DNA from: a virus
Taxonomy: Duplodnaviria; Heunggongvirae; Uroviricota; Caudoviricetes
Virus record (IMG/VR): IMGVR_UViG_2558860161_000002
Direction: 5' to 3' (one strand)
DNA length: 39,245 nt
Part shown: in pieces, positions 38,439-39,245 of the stretch
Layout: the number at the start of each line of letters is the position of its first letter
Position numbering within the stretch: the first letter of the stretch is position 1
The notes under the pieces: model-generated
Seen by the model: the letters and a program-made list of their open reading frames with translations, nothing else
Database searches by the model: none
What the model was told of the DNA's origin: nothing
Program-made: the position numbers and the translations under genes

Positions 38439-38938
38439 CATCAGCCTTTTCTTTAAAGACATATTATCTTTGTATCATTTCTGATAGTTAACATTACAAG
38501 ATATAAGTAATGGACGCACTCCCAATTAGTCTATTTAAATCGCCACGAGTTTAACTGACAACCCATGATCAATTATGAATTGCAACTATTTCTGTAGTCA
38601 CTTTTGTGGGGACAGTCCACAAAACTGCCAACTTCCGCTTCTTGCTCTTAGCGGACATTAGCATAGGCTATTTACCATAACGCCTCATTACGCGCACCGC
38701 CCAGACTGACTCAGCGCGTTTCTGGCATATCCCCGGTAAAACAAGTAACAAACCACCCGAAAATGAACACCAGAAACGCGACTTAAGAATCTACCCTATG
38801 AATGGATATGCACTCAACCGAATCGATCTTGGTTTCAATCTTTTTTATCGGGATCAGGCTTCTTTTTAGGTAACTTCGGGGGCTTAACTTGCTGATGACT
38901 TTGCGTTCGGCGCGTAAGCCAGGGATGGTCAGCTTTAG

Positions 38939-39245
<307 letters not shown>

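Overview
This window is the late/morphogenetic half of a lambdoid prophage, read almost entirely on the minus strand, plus flanking accessory genes and four IS copies. From right to left it carries Qin-type accessory and regulatory genes (flxA, relB-relE-hokD, a Q antiterminator with a pR'-like promoter, cspF/cspB/cspI, a pinholin/SAR-endolysin/Rz-Rz1 lysis cassette, gnsB, ydfO), then cos, then a complete lambda-type head and tail gene set (Nu1 through J), lom, stf, tfa, a Pin-family invertase and the chromosomal MFS transporter ydfJ. Gene identities come from reading the translated ORFs against remembered lambda and E. coli K-12 Qin proteins; no database search was run. The prophage looks inactivated in several independent ways: a +1 frameshift in portal gene B, an in-frame TAA in tail chaperone gene G, a GTA codon where terminase gene A should start, an IS1 in cspI with a 9-bp direct duplication, an IS1 in the invertase gene accompanied by an IS1-associated inversion, and an IS5-family element cutting the right end. 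I found no CRISPR array, tRNA or rRNA, and no convincing candidate for a novel defence system; every sizeable ORF is attributable to known lambdoid or Qin-type families except a few small hypothetical ORFs.
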